From a bacterium (GTDB lineage Bacteria > UBA10199 > 2-02-FULL-44-16 > JAAZCA01): a DNA stretch of 64,000 bases. Positions 49,587 through 61,924 of this stretch are shown in pieces (the stretch's first letter is position 1; each line of letters begins with the position of its first letter). The DNA is taken from positions 1 to 64,000 of the forward strand of contig CAXXGI010000001.1 in the NCBI GenBank assembly GCA_963674695.2, in the 5' to 3' direction. Below the pieces are notes generated by a model. The model saw only the letters and a list, made by a program, of their open reading frames with translations. It did no database searches and was not told the origin of the DNA. A program made the position numbers and the translations under genes.

Positions 49587-52394
49587 ATGACGATGACCGA
49601 GCTTGCCAAGGCCTACGATCCGAAGGATGTCGAACAGAAGTGGTACGCCTTCTGGGAAAAGGGCGAATACTTCCACGCCCCGGATGATCCAAAGAATGAA
49701 ACCTACTGCATCGTCATCCCACCGCCGAACGTCACCGGCGCGCTGCACATGGGACACGCGCTCAACAACACGCTGCAGGATATCTGCACGCGCTTCAAAC
49801 GCATGCAGGGGTTGGCCACGCTCTGGCAGCCGGGGACCGATCACGCCGGGATCGCCACGCAGAACGTCGTGGAACGCGAACTGATGAAGACGGAGGGCAA
49901 GCGCCGCCAGGAGATCGGGCGCGAGGCGCTCATCGAGCGCATCTGGACGTGGCGCGAGGCCTACGGCGACCGGATCCTCAAACAGCTCAAGGCCATCGGC
50001 TCGAGCTGCGACTGGGAACGCACGCGCTTCACCCTCGACGAGGGGCTCAGTCAGGCCGTGCGCGAAAGTTTTGTACGCCTCTATGATGAAGGGCTGATCT
50101 ATCGCGGCAAATATATCGTCAACTGGTGCCCGCGCTGTCACACCGCGCTCGCGGACGATGAAGTGGATCATGCCGATGAGAACGGCCACCTCTGGCACAT
50201 CCGCTATCCCTTCTCGTCGAAATCCGAAACCCAAAATCCAAAATCCAAAACAAAGCCTGACGGCGTTGTCGTCGCGACGACGCGCCCGGAGACGATGCTC
50301 GGCGACACGGCCGTCGCGGTCAACCCGAAGGATGAGCGCTATTCGAACCTCATCGGGAAGATGCTCACGCTCCCCGAGACCGGCCGCCAGATTCCGATCG
50401 TCGCCGATGACTTTGTCGACGCCGCCTTCGGCACCGGCGCGGTGAAGGTGACCCCCGCCCACGACCCGAACGACTTTCAGATCGGCGAGCGCCACAACCT
50501 GCCCCGCATCAACGTCATGAACGAAGACGCCACGATGAGCGCAGAGGCGGGAGAAACATACGCCGGCATGACGCGCGACGAATGCCGGAAAAAGATCGTC
50601 GAGGCACTGGAAAAACAAGGCCTCCTCGAAAAAATCGACGAGCATGCCCATGCGGTCGGCCATTGTTATCGATGTCACACCACGATCGAGCCGTGGCTCT
50701 CCGACCAGTGGTTCGTGAAGATGCGCCCGCTGGCCGAAAAAGCGATCCGCGCCACCGAGGAGAGCAAGGTTCAGTTCCACCCCGAACGCTGGACGCAGTT
50801 CTACCTACAGTGGTTGGAGAACGCGCGCGACTGGTGCATCTCACGCCAGATCTGGTGGGGACACCGGATTCCGGTGTGGTACTGTAAAACTCGGGACCCG
50901 GAACCCGGGACCCGGAACCCGGGATCAGAACAAGATCTTTCCGAATCCCGAATTCCGAATTCCGAATCCCGAGCTCTCTGTCCTCCCATCGTCTCCCGGG
51001 AAACGCCGACGACATGCCCACACTGTGGCAGCACCGAACTCACGCAGGACGAGGATGTGCTCGACACCTGGTTCTCCTCGGCGCTCTGGCCCTTCTCCAC
51101 GCTCGGCTGGCCGGACAAAACCCCGCTGCTCGAACGGTACTACCCGACCAGCACGCTCATCACCGACCGCGGCATCATCTATTTCTGGGTCGCGCGCATG
51201 GTGATGATGGGGCTCAAGATGATGGAGGAGGTCCCCTTCAAAGATGTCTACATCCACGGCACGATTCTGGATGAACAGGGCCGCAAGATGAGCAAGTCGT
51301 TGGGCAACGGCATCGACCCGCTCGAAATGATCGACCGCTACGGCGCGGATGCCATGCGTTTCTCGCTCGTGGTCCTCTCGACCGAGGGCCAAGATTTGAA
51401 ACTCTCGGAATCGAAGTTCGAGATGGGGCGCAATTTCTGCAACAAGCTCTGGAACGCCTCGCGCTTTGCCATGATGAACCTCGAAGACTTCGACGGCACC
51501 GCGCCGGACGAGAAGGATCTCACGCTCGCCGACCGCTGGATCATGAACCGCCTCCAGACGACGACCAACGACGTGATCGACGCACTCGATGGCTTTCGTT
51601 TCTCGGTCGCGGCTCAGGCGCTCTATCAATTTATCTGGAACGATTTCTGCGACTGGTATCTCGAAGCCGCCAAGCTCCATTTGAGCCCGAAAGACGAAGA
51701 GCAAGGGGCGAAGGGTGCAACAGCACAACGGCATGCAACCCAACACACGCTCACGGAGACGCTCGGTACCGTTCTCAAGCTCGCCCACCCCTTTCTCCCC
51801 TTCATCACCGAGGAGATCTGGAACCACCTGGAGCCTGAGGCCAGCCCCCTGATCGTCGACACCTATCCCACTTCCAGTGCCGTCCCCTTCGAGGATGAGG
51901 CAAATCTCTTCATCATCACGAAGAAGGAGCCGGTGGAAGCCATTCGCAACATTCGTGGCGAGAGCAACGTCGACCCCGCAAAGCGCATCCCAAAAGCCTT
52001 TTCCGGATTTTCCACGCAGGCGCTGGTCGACTATGCGGAAGCATCGCCCCGCTACGTCGAACACCTCGCGCGCGTCGAAGAACACCGCGCCTTCCTCGTC
52101 GGCCAGGAACCGGAGGAGACAACAAAGGCAGCTGCAGGCGTCACCGAAAACCAGACGATCTACATCCCGTTGGCTGGGCTCATCGATGTGGCCGCCGAAA
52201 CGGCGCGCCTCGAGAAGGAGATCGCGCGCACGGAGAAAGAGATCGCCAGCGTCGAGGGCAAGCTGAAAAACGCCGGCTTTATCGAACGCGCTCCGGCCGA
52301 GATCGTGCAACGCGAACGCGATCGGGCGCAGCAGGCCAAAACAAAACTCACCACGCTTGCCGAGGCGATGGAGAAGGTCAAACAGATGGCATAG
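49587..52394 (+). CDS. valS: Valine--tRNA ligase, with two repeat-derived in-frame insertions
   Basis: PPPNVTGALHMGHA, GTDHAGIATQ, ATTRPETM, DWCISRQIWWGH, KMSKS, C-terminal coiled coil. Confidence 0.98.
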   Translation: MTMTELAKAYDPKDVEQKWYAFWEKGEYFHAPDDPKNETYCIVIPPPNVTGALHMGHALNNTLQDICTRFKRMQGLATLWQPGTDHAGIATQNVVERELMKTEGKRRQEIGREALIERIWTWREAYGDRILKQLKAIGSSCDWERTRFTLDEGLSQAVRESFVRLYDEGLIYRGKYIVNWCPRCHTALADDEVDHADENGHLWHIRYPFSSKSETQNPKSKTKPDGVVVATTRPETMLGDTAVAVNPKDERYSNLIGKMLTLPETGRQIPIVADDFVDAAFGTGAVKVTPAHDPNDFQIGERHNLPRINVMNEDATMSAEAGETYAGMTRDECRKKIVEALEKQGLLEKIDEHAHAVGHCYRCHTTIEPWLSDQWFVKMRPLAEKAIRATEESKVQFHPERWTQFYLQWLENARDWCISRQIWWGHRIPVWYCKTRDPEPGTRNPGSEQDLSESRIPNSESRALCPPIVSRETPTTCPHCGSTELTQDEDVLDTWFSSALWPFSTLGWPDKTPLLERYYPTSTLITDRGIIYFWVARMVMMGLKMMEEVPFKDVYIHGTILDEQGRKMSKSLGNGIDPLEMIDRYGADAMRFSLVVLSTEGQDLKLSESKFEMGRNFCNKLWNASRFAMMNLEDFDGTAPDEKDLTLADRWIMNRLQTTTNDVIDALDGFRFSVAAQALYQFIWNDFCDWYLEAAKLHLSPKDEEQGAKGATAQRHATQHTLTETLGTVLKLAHPFLPFITEEIWNHLEPEASPLIVDTYPTSSAVPFEDEANLFIITKKEPVEAIRNIRGESNVDPAKRIPKAFSGFSTQALVDYAEASPRYVEHLARVEEHRAFLVGQEPEETTKAAAGVTENQTIYIPLAGLIDVAAETARLEKEIARTEKEIASVEGKLKNAGFIERAPAEIVQRERDRAQQAKTKLTTLAEAMEKVKQMA
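50889..50974. repeat. Inverted pair of heptamer arrays inside valS
   Basis: (CCCGGRA)n, spacer, (TYCCGAA)n; encodes TRDPEPGTRNPGSEQDLSESRIPNSESR. Confidence 0.85.
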
Positions 52395-52480
52395 GTTGGA
52401 GGGTGTCGGGAAAGGGATCTTTGCTGTCATTCCCCGACAGGCTCAGAATGGCGCCTCACTCTGCGAGGCCGGAGAACATC

Positions 52481-53341
52481 ATGGATCTCAATACCCTCGA
52501 CGAATACATCCGCTTCACGCTCGAAGAGGACATCGGACCGGGCGACATCACCACCGCCGCCATCATCAGTGAACACCGTTCCGCCTCTGCGCGCATCAGC
52601 ACCAAGCAACCGCTCCTCCTGGCGGGCATGAAGGTCGCCCACCATGTCTTCGAGATACTCGATCCGACCGTCTCCTGGAACGCGCGTCGCCAGGACGGCG
52701 AACGCTGCCCCGCCGGCGCGGTGATTGCCCTCGTCACGGGGAACGCCCAAAAGATCCTTGCGGGCGAGCGCACCGCACTCAATTTCCTGCAGCGCCTCTC
52801 CGGAATCGCCACGATCACGGCACAATTCGTCGCGGCGGTCGCCGGAACGGATGTCAAAATCCTGGACACGCGCAAGACCACGCCGGGGCTGCGCCCGTTC
52901 GAAAAATATGCCGTCCTCATGGGGGGCGGAAAGAACCATCGTATGGGGCTCTACGACCACTATCTCATCAAGGATAACCACATCGCGGTCGCCGGCTCAA
53001 TCACGGCCGCCGTCAAAGCGGCGCAGTCGCACTACAAACCGGGACAGCTCATCGAAGTGGAGACCGAAACGATCAGCGATGTGAAGGAGGCGCTCAAAGC
53101 GAACGCCGACGTCATCCTGCTCGACAACATGACGCCGCAGGAGGTCAAGAAGGCCGTCGGCATCGCCAAGGGAAAAGCTCAGCTCGAGGTCTCGGGAAAT
53201 ATCACCCTGCAGAATATCCGTGAATATGCCGAAACCGGCGTCGACTTCATTTCGATCGGGGCGCTCACCCACTCAGCCCCGTCCGCCGACATCAGCATGA
53301 AGATCGACGTCGAAGACTCCATCGATCAATCCAGAAAATAA
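52481..53341 (+). CDS. nadC: Quinolinate phosphoribosyltransferase
   Basis: ED...GDIT, ERTALNFLQ.LSGIAT, DTRKTTPG, HR.GL.D..LIKDNH, LLDNM, ISIGALTHS; GGAG RBS before 52481. Confidence 0.96.
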   Translation: MDLNTLDEYIRFTLEEDIGPGDITTAAIISEHRSASARISTKQPLLLAGMKVAHHVFEILDPTVSWNARRQDGERCPAGAVIALVTGNAQKILAGERTALNFLQRLSGIATITAQFVAAVAGTDVKILDTRKTTPGLRPFEKYAVLMGGGKNHRMGLYDHYLIKDNHIAVAGSITAAVKAAQSHYKPGQLIEVETETISDVKEALKANADVILLDNMTPQEVKKAVGIAKGKAQLEVSGNITLQNIREYAETGVDFISIGALTHSAPSADISMKIDVEDSIDQSRK

Positions 53342-53347
53342 AGCAAT

Positions 53348-54634
53348 TCACCTCCGACGCGCGATGCGTTCTTCGAGCGCACGACGATATTCGTCCATGT
53401 CGTCGATGGGGCGTGAGGCCACGCCCGATCGCATGGCCGCATTTGCTACCGCCGGCGCCTCCCAGGTCAGCACGCGCGAGTCGAACGGCTTCGGAATGAT
53501 GTAATCGGGGCCGAATTCGAGCGAGGCCACGCCATAGGCGCGACACACCGATTCCGGCACCGGCTCCTTGGCAAGGCCGGCCAATGCCAGCGCCGCCGCC
53601 TTCTTCATCTCTTCATTGATGCGGCTGGCCCCGACGTCGAGCGCCCCCCGAAAGATGAAGGGAAACCCCAGGACATTATTGACCTGATTGGGATAATCCG
53701 AACGCCCTGTTGCGATGATCGCATCGGGCTTGGCCGCGCGCGCCACCTCCGGCGCGATCTCCGGATCGGGGTTGGCCATCGCGAAGATGATCGGGCGATC
53801 GGCCATCGTGCGCACCATCTCCTCGGTCACCAGCCCGCCGGCGGAAAGACCGATAAAGACATCCGCCCCGCGCATCGCCTCGGAAAGCGTCATCGGGGTG
53901 TCACCGTTAGCGAACTGACCGCGATGCAATTCGCGCTCGGCTCGGTCGCGCGTCACCAAGCCCTCGCGATCGACGAGCCAGATCCCATCGCGCGCCACGC
54001 CCATCTCCTCGATGAGCTTGGCACAGGCCACCGCTGCCGCGCCCGCACCGGAGAAGACCACCTTGACCGCATCGATCGACTTGCCCGCAATCTCCAGGGC
54101 GTTGATGAGCCCCGCCGCGGTGATGATGGCGGTACCATGCTGATCATCATGAAAGACGGGGATCGACATCTCGCGAATGAGGCGTCGCTCGATGTGAAAA
54201 CATTCGGGCGCCTTGATGTCCTCGAGGTTGATCCCGCCGAAGGTCGGCTCCATACTCTTGACGATCTCGACGAAGCGATCGGGATCGCGCGCATCAATTT
54301 CGAGATCGAAGACATCGACATCAGCGAAGCGCTTGAAGAGCACACCCTTGCCCTCCATCACGGGTTTGGCCGCCAACGGCCCGATATCCCCGAGCCCCAA
54401 GACCGCGGTCCCATTGGTCACCACCGCCACGAGATTCCCGCGCGCCGTGTAGCGATAGGCCTCTTTCGGGTCGCGTGCGATCTCGCGACAGGGCTCGGCC
54501 ACGCCGGGCGTGTAGGCGAGCGAGAGATCCTCCTGCGTTTCACAGGGCTTGGTGAGCCCCAACTCGATCTTTCCGGGTCGCCCTTCACCGTGATAGCGAA
54601 GCGCCTCTTCGCTCTGCGTCTTCTTCGATTTCAT
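53348..54634 (-). CDS. NAD(P)-dependent malic enzyme (no PTA domain)
   Basis: [56 protein letters not shown]; AAAGGA RBS. Confidence 0.94.
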   Translation of the reverse strand: MKSKKTQSEEALRYHGEGRPGKIELGLTKPCETQEDLSLAYTPGVAEPCREIARDPKEAYRYTARGNLVAVVTNGTAVLGLGDIGPLAAKPVMEGKGVLFKRFADVDVFDLEIDARDPDRFVEIVKSMEPTFGGINLEDIKAPECFHIERRLIREMSIPVFHDDQHGTAIITAAGLINALEIAGKSIDAVKVVFSGAGAAAVACAKLIEEMGVARDGIWLVDREGLVTRDRAERELHRGQFANGDTPMTLSEAMRGADVFIGLSAGGLVTEEMVRTMADRPIIFAMANPDPEIAPEVARAAKPDAIIATGRSDYPNQVNNVLGFPFIFRGALDVGASRINEEMKKAAALALAGLAKEPVPESVCRAYGVASLEFGPDYIIPKPFDSRVLTWEAPAVANAAMRSGVASRPIDDMDEYRRALEERIARRR

Positions 54635-54699
54635 CGCACCATCCTTTCTCGTATCCCGCATAGCTATCGCGTTCGCGCGCAGAAGGCAAGAAGGCGCAT

Positions 54700-55263
54700 T
54701 CAGTAGACGAGATGATCGACGGGATCGACCGGATGCCCGTGCCGCCGCACCTCGAAGTGCAAGTGTGAACCGGTGGCGCGGCCGGTGCTCCCCATGCGTC
54801 CGATCACCGCTCCGGCGACAACGCGCGAGCCCGCCCGCACCTCCACGCGATCGAGATGACAATAGCGCGTTTCGAGATTCGCTCCGTGATCGACGATGAG
54901 CATCAGCCCGCATGCGCCGCTCCTGCCGGCGAACCGAACGCGTCCATCCGCCGCGCCGTGCACGATCGAACGCCTGCACGAGGCAATGTCGATTCCCGTG
55001 TGAAACCGTCTCTGCCGCGTAAAGGGATCGCGACGCCATCCGAAGGGGGAGGTCACCCGCCCGTCGGTCGGAATCAGGAGCGGCCGCACCCTCTTCGGAA
55101 AAAAGCGATCCAGATCATCATAGAGCGGTGCAAGCGGATCGCACAGAGACGCATGTCGTGAAAAAAAATCGGAGATCGGTACACGCTGTTCGGCAATGCG
55201 CACATCAGCGAAGGCTGTGTTCGCAAACAGAAACAACACCAGCAGCATAATCCATTTCTTCAT
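54700..55263 (-). CDS. Exported M23-family peptidase
   Basis: Signal [19 protein letters not shown]; [32 protein letters not shown]. Confidence 0.92.
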   Translation of the reverse strand: MKKWIMLLVLFLFANTAFADVRIAEQRVPISDFFSRHASLCDPLAPLYDDLDRFFPKRVRPLLIPTDGRVTSPFGWRRDPFTRQRRFHTGIDIASCRRSIVHGAADGRVRFAGRSGACGLMLIVDHGANLETRYCHLDRVEVRAGSRVVAGAVIGRMGSTGRATGSHLHFEVRRHGHPVDPVDHLVY

Positions 55264-55276
55264 ACACGCACTGCAT

Positions 55277-55292
55277 TGCAAATATCGTTCCA
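55277..55292 (-). promoter_or_regulatory. Sigma54 promoter of the M23 peptidase gene
   Basis: TGGAAC-GATAT-TTGCA with GG and GC at the correct spacing; IHF-like ATTCAACCGTTTA just upstream. Confidence 0.65.
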
Positions 55293-55332
55293 CATGCATT
55301 CGGTATTTATTCAACCGTTTACAAAAACATGC

Positions 55333-55368
55333 TGCCGCCATTTGCAGCAGCTGCATTTTTTTGCGGCA
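55333..55368. promoter_or_regulatory. Tandem enhancer-like sites
   Basis: TGCCGC-CATTT-GCAGCA and TGCATT-TTTTT-GCGGCA; 19-nt identity with 26922-26940. Confidence 0.65.
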
Positions 55369-55419
55369 CCGCCGCTTTGTGAATTGACGCGTCGCCATTC
55401 GATCGATAGAGAAAGAGAC

Positions 55420-57057
<1,638 letters not shown>

Positions 57058-57376
57058 ACGTCGGCACCGTCAATATTCAGACATCGAAAACGAAAAAATG
57101 CCCCATCTTACGAAGAGGTCCACCGCCCTTCTCTCCCCCTCTCGCCGCCGGGTCATTTGGCACTCAGGCTCTCTGTGGAGCGGGGGCCTGAGACATCACC
57201 CGCGTGCCAATGGCACGAAATGTGTTTGAAAGAGTTTTTTCCGTATCCTTTCGTCCGACGCGGAATGAGGATACAATACAGATTCGAAAGCCTTGAAATT
57301 CTATCGGAAGCATGCGAGCGTCGGGCATCATGAAAGGGAAGGCATTCATCGGCAACAATTCTCACGGGGAGGCAAT

Positions 57377-59455
57377 ATGAAGAAGCAACTCGGGTGTTTG
57401 GGGATCCTATTCGTGGTCACAGCGTTCATTGCCGGCTGTGGTGGCGGTGCAGGCGGTGGCGGCGGCGGATCAGCACAGGAGGTCTTCACCGATTTCAACT
57501 CGGTTCCCAGCCTCGACCTCTCCTCCTACGACCAAACGGGCGCAACGGCGGCAAACATCGCCAACGGAAAAGCAAAATCGACGCTCACCCTGATCGACGG
57601 CGATTGGTCGGCAGCTGGCTGTCAGGCCTATTCAGAGAAGCGTCAACTCTACAACATGGCCAGCGCCATGGACTTCAATCGCTGCATGGTCGCCACCATC
57701 CAGGAAGCGACGGGAACGACGATCCCCATCAATGAGCACGTCTATGTTCAGGCGACGCTCCCCTACGGCGTCGGCCCCGGCGGTGAACAGGGCGGTGAAA
57801 CCGAGCTGCTCGTCCGCGCGGGACTCACCCAAGACAGCGTCAGCGTGGATATCTGTTTCGACGGCACGCTCCAAGAACAGATGCGGCTGACCGCCGTTGC
57901 GGGTGCGGACGGAAACCCGGTCCTCAACGGAACGATGTATCATGGCTAGGAAGAGGCCTGGACCGAACCCAATGGCATGACCCGCGAGGGACGGATGAGC
58001 GGCGTCATATCGCTGAGCGATGTCATCGTTGCCGCGAGCGCCCAGAACTTTACGAACCCCATCACCGGCGAGGTCTATCCGATCTATGAACTCGTCAGCG
58101 GAACCTTTGAGGGACAGTTTCAGGACATCAGCACGATGACACAGGACATGTCCGGAATTCCCGGCGGTGGCGTGATGTCGAATAACCACGCCTTTACCGG
58201 CCGGATGTCGCTCAGCGGTGATTTTGCGAACGACCTCTATAGCTTCTCCGGCGGCGGCTCCTTCAGCGAGAGCGGCTTCGATCCCTTCGGCGGCGATTTC
58301 AGCTTCGACGGTTCGGAATTTGCTGCCGCCTATTGGTCCGGATCGCAGGGATGCGCCAGCCAGCTGCTCAATATGCAGGAGGAACCCTGGATCGCCCCCG
58401 ACGGCATCCATTGTTACGACCCCTGCGCCAACGACGGCATGGGCGGCGAAATCGCAGCGGTCGGCGGTCTGTGCACCACGACCTGCACCGTGAACCCGCA
58501 TCTCTTTGCCGTCAGTGGATCCGACCGCGTCTTCACGGTCGATCCCTCGATCGCCACCGACTACTGTGCCAGCGTACCGACGCTGCTGACCGACGCCGAT
58601 CTGCCCAGCGAAATTCCTGCGCCGTCCGCCCCATGGGACTGCGCCATCCCGGCGAGCGCCACGACGGTCAGCTTGACCACGGAAAATCTCATGCAGGTCA
58701 TGAACAGCTGCGGCAATCCGGACGACATGCCCGACCGCATGGACTGCCGCTGTCCGTTCTGGGGATATGAATATCGCATCAGCGACAGCTCGACTTGCTT
58801 TACCGCAGAAGAGCTCGACTCCTATGCGGACATGCGGACCGATCTCTTCTGCGATGGCCTGCGCGCCGTCTCGCTCGGGGCATTCCCGCAGTTCAAGGGA
58901 AATGACTCGGAGTGTTTCATGGACAGCGACTGCCCCGACGGGAACTTCTGCAACCTGGAATTTGAATTCGACTTCGAAACCGAGGATGCACCGATGGGCA
59001 TCTGCATGCCCGACGGTCAGGACGGCTTCTTCGCCTTGACCTGCCCGGCCCAGCCACTCTTTATGAAGGGGACGCTCAAGGCCACCTCGATCATCGATAT
59101 GGCCTCCGAAACATTCATGCTGCCACCGGACGATCCCTGTTCGGATGGAGGCGTCATGGCCATCACGGGTTGCTCCGCCGATATCTCCGGGTTCGACGGC
59201 GATCTCACCTTCAACTGTACGCGCGGTGAGAGTGCCTGTACGATCCTCGTCACCGGAATCGACATGCGATCCAACCGCGGAGGTGGCGAAGGCGACGGTG
59301 ATGAAATCCACCTGCCGGAGCAGTGCCGAGCCGATTGCGCCGGCGTTCAGGATCCGTCAGATGCCACCCCTGAGTGCGTCGCGTGCGTGACCGATTATTG
59401 CGCTGCCGCCAGTGCGGAGGATCCGTTCTGTATACAAGTAGCATCACATCTCTGA
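57377..59455 (+). pseudogene. Large Cys-rich lipoprotein split by an in-frame TAG at 57947-57949 (nonsense mutation, readthrough or sequence error)
   Basis: GGAGG RBS, IAGC lipobox; ORFs 57293-57949 and 57977-59455 share a frame, with open codons between TAG and the next ATG and no clear RBS. Confidence 0.7.
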
Positions 59456-59476
59456 TACAACGACATTGAACCCGTC

Positions 59477-59507
59477 AAACGCCGGCCCCAAAAGGGTCGG
59501 CGTTTTT
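59477..59507 (+). terminator. Intrinsic terminator
   Basis: AAACGCCGGCCC-AAAA-GGGTCGGCGTTTTT. Confidence 0.75.
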
Positions 59508-59557
59508 CATTGAAGCTTCAACCGCATTCCCATAACGTGCGCCATCAGAGGTGACCC

Positions 59558-60589
59558 ATGAAGGAAGCGATGTTCTTCGAGAAAGAAAATGACGACGCCG
59601 TTCGCTGTGGACTCTGCCGCCACGGTTGTCTGATCCCCGAGGGAGGATCCGGCATCTGCCGCGTGCGCCAGAACCGCAACGGCACGCTCTATTCGATCTT
59701 CTACGGCAAGCCGATCGCCCTCGGGGTAGACCCGATCGAGAAGAAACCCCTCTTTCACTACAAGCCGGGCTCGCAGGCCCTGTCGATCGCGACCCCCGGC
59801 TGCAACTTCCAGTGCGACTTCTGCCAGAACTGGGACATCTCGCAGTATGGGCGCGGCACATCGAACCGCATTCCGGACAAGGGGGTCACACCGGAGGCGG
59901 TGGTGCGCGAAGCCAAGCGTCAACGCTGCGCCTCGATCTCGTATACCTACACCGAGCCGACGATCTTTTATGAATACGCCTACGACACCGCACGACTGGC
60001 CCATGCGGAAGGCATCGGCAACAGCTTCGTCACCAACGGCTACATGACGCGCGAAGCGCTCGATGCGATCGCCCCCTATCTCGACGCGGCCAACGTCGAC
60101 CTCAAGGCCTTTCGCAAGGAGACCTATCGAAACGTGATGAAGGCGCAGCTCGATGGCGTCACCGATTCCATTCGCCACATGAAAGAGCTCGGCATCTGGG
60201 TGGAGGTGACCACCCTCATCGTCCCCGGCATGAACGACGATCCGGCGGAGCTGGCCGACATCGCCACCTTCCTGGTCGAAATCGGGCGCGACATCCCCTG
60301 GCACATCAGCCGCTTCATCCCGCAGTATCGCCGCACCGATGCAAAGCCCACGTCGATCAAGGCGCTTCAGGGTGCGTACGAGATCGGCCGCAAGGCAGGC
60401 CTGCGCTACGTCTATCTCGGCAACGTTCCAGGGGATGAATCGGAGAGCACGTTCTGCTACGAATGCGGCACCCGCCTCATCGAGCGTAGCGGATACGAGG
60501 TCAAACAAAACCGCATCACCAATCGCAACGAATGTCCGGAGTGTCATGCGAAGATCGATGGAGTGGAGATGGCGGGGAAAGAGGAATAG
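59558..60589 (+). CDS. amrS: AmmeMemoRadiSam radical SAM enzyme
   Basis: C.LC...C, G.C.VR.N, DPIEKKPLFH, GCNFQCDFCQNWDISQ, YTYTEP, W.EVTTL..PG.ND, YVYLGNV. Confidence 0.93.
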   Translation: MKEAMFFEKENDDAVRCGLCRHGCLIPEGGSGICRVRQNRNGTLYSIFYGKPIALGVDPIEKKPLFHYKPGSQALSIATPGCNFQCDFCQNWDISQYGRGTSNRIPDKGVTPEAVVREAKRQRCASISYTYTEPTIFYEYAYDTARLAHAEGIGNSFVTNGYMTREALDAIAPYLDAANVDLKAFRKETYRNVMKAQLDGVTDSIRHMKELGIWVEVTTLIVPGMNDDPAELADIATFLVEIGRDIPWHISRFIPQYRRTDAKPTSIKALQGAYEIGRKAGLRYVYLGNVPGDESESTFCYECGTRLIERSGYEVKQNRITNRNECPECHAKIDGVEMAGKEE

Positions 60590-60623
60590 AAGAACCTGAA
60601 GGAGAAAATCTGGTGATCGAGGT

Positions 60624-61763
60624 CTACGTCGCTGTCGCCGCAACCCCGCCATCTTCCATGCGTCCCACCGTATCGTCAATGCGATTTTGGGTATCGTCGA
60701 AGCGTTCCTGCATCGCATCGATGCGATCGCGGGTCTGTCCGATCCGATTGTTGAATCGATCGACCTTACCGGCGAGCGTGTCCTTGCTGGTCTCGTAGCG
60801 GGACGCGATCACCTGCTCCTGATCATCAACCTTGGCCCCGGCCGCTGCGATCTTCTTGCGTGAGAGCGCCGCACTGTCCGCAACCTGTTGCTGTTTATCG
60901 GAGAGCTCCCGACGCTTGGAAGCGAGCTGTCGCTCCGCCGCCGCAATTTTCTCCTCCTGCGCCCGCGTCTGATCGTAACGCGATCGCAAGCCAATAGCGC
61001 CTTCGCGTACGGCGGCATCGGCATCATCAGTCTGCTTGGCGGCAGAGATCGCCATCTGCTCGTTGGGCGGATCGCCGGCGAACGGCCGCACCTGGCGCGT
61101 CGAAGGCATCTGCGGCCGATGGGTCGAAAGCTCGCCCATGATCTGCTTCGCTGCCAGCTGCGCCATATATATTTGAAAGTGAGTGAGCCAGTCATCGCGC
61201 TCCTGCTGCCGATCCATCGCGTCATGCTTGGTCAAGCCGCAGTATTTCGCGTTGTCACGCACGAGATAGGTCCACATCGTATTGGCATAGTTGCGCTGGC
61301 GATTGGCCGCGAGCTCACGCTCTCGCTGGCGCGACTCCTCATAGCGCGTCTGGATCTTTCCGTCGTTGATCTCGTTCTTCTGATCCCCGATCTGCCGAGC
61401 CTGATCGTCGAGGCTTCGCAACTGTGAGTTGAGCTCTTCCCCCTGATTGCGAATCTGGTCATCGAGTTGTTCGAGCTGGCGCGCCATCTCATCGCGCTGG
61501 TTGTTCAGCTCTTGAAGTTGGAGCCCCTGGTTGCGATCGAGATCCGTGCCCTGGGCGGTGAGCCCATCGATCTCGCGCTGGATATCCTGGATGCTGTTCT
61601 CGAGGGAGACCTTATCGTTTGTAAGCGCGCGCTTCTGCCCCTCGAGGCCGTAGAGGCGATCCTCAAAGCCCTGCTGACGCAGCTTGGCCTGATTCGCATC
61701 GCGATCAGCGATCTGCTGTGCCAAGGTCATCGGGGTTGTCGAGACTGCACCTGCACCGATCAT
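60624..61763 (-). CDS. Q/E/R-rich coiled-coil hypothetical protein
   Basis: GGAGG RBS; long heptad-like segments around a central aromatic region; no signal peptide. Confidence 0.8.
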   Translation of the reverse strand: MIGAGAVSTTPMTLAQQIADRDANQAKLRQQGFEDRLYGLEGQKRALTNDKVSLENSIQDIQREIDGLTAQGTDLDRNQGLQLQELNNQRDEMARQLEQLDDQIRNQGEELNSQLRSLDDQARQIGDQKNEINDGKIQTRYEESRQRERELAANRQRNYANTMWTYLVRDNAKYCGLTKHDAMDRQQERDDWLTHFQIYMAQLAAKQIMGELSTHRPQMPSTRQVRPFAGDPPNEQMAISAAKQTDDADAAVREGAIGLRSRYDQTRAQEEKIAAAERQLASKRRELSDKQQQVADSAALSRKKIAAAGAKVDDQEQVIASRYETSKDTLAGKVDRFNNRIGQTRDRIDAMQERFDDTQNRIDDTVGRMEDGGVAATAT

Positions 61764-61784
61764 AGACGGATGCCTCCGAAAGTA

Positions 61785-61812
61785 TTATCGGCAGGCCGGA
61801 GGGCAAAGTTTC
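61785..61812 (-). promoter_or_regulatory. Recurrent sigma28-like promoter motif (GAAACTT-N13-GCCGATAA)
   Basis: Perfect -10, 21 nt upstream of ATG 61763. Confidence 0.68.
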
Positions 61813-61924
61813 GCATAAAAGACAAATAGTTCACTTTTATTGAGTATGCATAATTATATCTATATTATGCAACATTATGCTTTATTATATTTAATTAACA
61901 TCCACCGGAAAGGGGCTTTTTGTT

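Noticed and set aside
53348-54634. Truncated maeB pseudogene
   Set aside because: PTA-less malic enzymes of this length are common, and the ORF ends cleanly.
57195-57228. Divergent sigma54 promoters around GTGCCAATGGCAC
   Set aside because: TGGCAC is present on both strands but neither has GC at -12.
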